Part shown: positions 35,777 to 37,290 of the stretch, in pieces
Numbering within the stretch: position 1 is the stretch's first letter
How the letters are laid out: each line of letters begins with the position of its first letter
Assembly: GCF_001194135.2 (NCBI RefSeq)
Contig: NC_068982.1
Span: 42,198,017 to 42,235,306, forward strand
Source of the DNA: Octopus bimaculoides
Lineage: Eukaryota
Reading direction: 5' to 3'
DNA length: 37,290 nt
Translations under genes and position numbers: made by a program
The notes under the pieces: model-generated
The model's database searches: none
The model's input: the letters and a program-made list of their open reading frames with translations, nothing else
What the model was told of the DNA's origin: nothing

Positions 35777-36084
35777 CTACGTGTTTATGTATGTATAAGT
35801 GCATGTGTAAACCTATAAATAAATAAACCCTTAAATTCACGCAGCCATTTTACACTAGTATCCGCGTGTATATCAGCGATTTTCAGTAGATTCATCAGGG
35901 TGGCATTTAAGATCGTAGAAATACATTCGGATACTGATATGAAATCGAAACCGTAGTATAGATTTTATTTCTGTAGTTACGCCCAAGTACATAGACTCAC
36001 ACACTATATACTTTCCCCAAGAAATGTATTGAGCACTTTAATGTATTTCCACATAAAAGTCCTTAGCTTAAATATATGTACACA

Positions 36085-36495
<411 letters not shown>

Positions 36496-36584
36496 TTCGT
36501 TTTCGGATAGTTAACTGAAGATAACTGTCATTCCATGAGTACGGGTTAAAAGACCTCGTACACAATACTGTAAAATCGGCGAGA

Positions 36585-36655
36585 TAAATAAATAAAGAAA
36601 TAGATGAATAAATAAATAAATAAATAAATAAATAAATGAATAAATAAATAAATAG

Positions 36656-36701
<46 letters not shown>

Positions 36702-36705
36702 CAAC
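36585..36705. repeat. (AAAT)n and (AAT)n microsatellites
   Basis: Tandem arrays. Confidence 0.9.
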
Positions 36706-36919
36706 AGCAAAACGAAGATAAAGAAGAACCCCAGAAATGGTTTCTCTTTGTGAATAAGTAGTTTGCCATGCTGGCTCCTTCTTTCTACCACCGATGGAGT
36801 TCATATGTAGGTTGGTTTATAAATACTCGGGACATTACTGATAAAACCTGTCATACATTGGTAATGTTACTGTGGCTTGAAATATGAGAGAGCTGGACCT
36901 TGAGTGTAGGAGTAGGAAA

Positions 36920-36922
36920 GAG

Positions 36923-37002
<80 letters not shown>
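36920..37002. repeat. (GA)n microsatellite
   Basis: Pure GA array. Confidence 0.95.
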
Positions 37003-37007
<5 letters not shown>

Positions 37008-37197
37008 GGAAGGAGAGGTGAGAGTGGGGTGGGAGAGAAAGAAAGAGAGAGAGAGAGCGAGAGCGAGAGAGGGGGCTGTGAAATTTATGTTGTGTGAAAT
37101 AGCAGCAATGGATAGAGAGTAAAAGTGAAAGACTGAGTAAAAAGGAGTGTATGCTATGGGGGGAAGAATGAGAGACAGAAACAGAAATACATAGGCA

Positions 37198-37198
37198 G

Positions 37199-37233
<35 letters not shown>

Positions 37234-37249
37234 AAGATAGATAGATAGG

Positions 37250-37284
<35 letters not shown>

Positions 37285-37286
37285 GT
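37198..37286. repeat. (GATA)n microsatellite
   Basis: Tandem GATA array. Confidence 0.95.
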
Positions 37287-37290
37287 ATAT

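Overview
AT-rich, microsatellite-saturated animal genomic DNA from a gapped draft scaffold (N gaps at 747-972, 7627-8317, 9540-10026, 11954-12053, 12307-13130, 25026-25825, 26843-27248, 35114-35123). The SINE families and repeat density suggest an octopus or other cephalopod; this is an inference. No complete protein-coding gene is visible. Nearly all ORFs in the track are microsatellite or gap artefacts. The remainder are degraded transposon ORFs: CR1-like, RTE, L1/Tx1-like, R4/Dong-like and HERO-like non-LTR fragments, a Tc1/mariner deletion derivative, a hAT-type MITE with an 8-bp TSD, at least four SINE-type families, and a full-length but frameshifted Chapaev3-like DNA transposon with TIRs and a TAA TSD (31575-33694). 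The window is probably intronic. The best host-gene evidence is one + strand exon candidate (11525-11606) whose translation fits a cyclic-nucleotide-binding domain. Other leads are a pre-miRNA-like hairpin (24376-24459), a degenerate minimal hammerhead motif, a Dong-like insertion inside (TAA)n, and a 7-kb block of co-oriented minus-strand TE fragments. I found no convincing new biological system.
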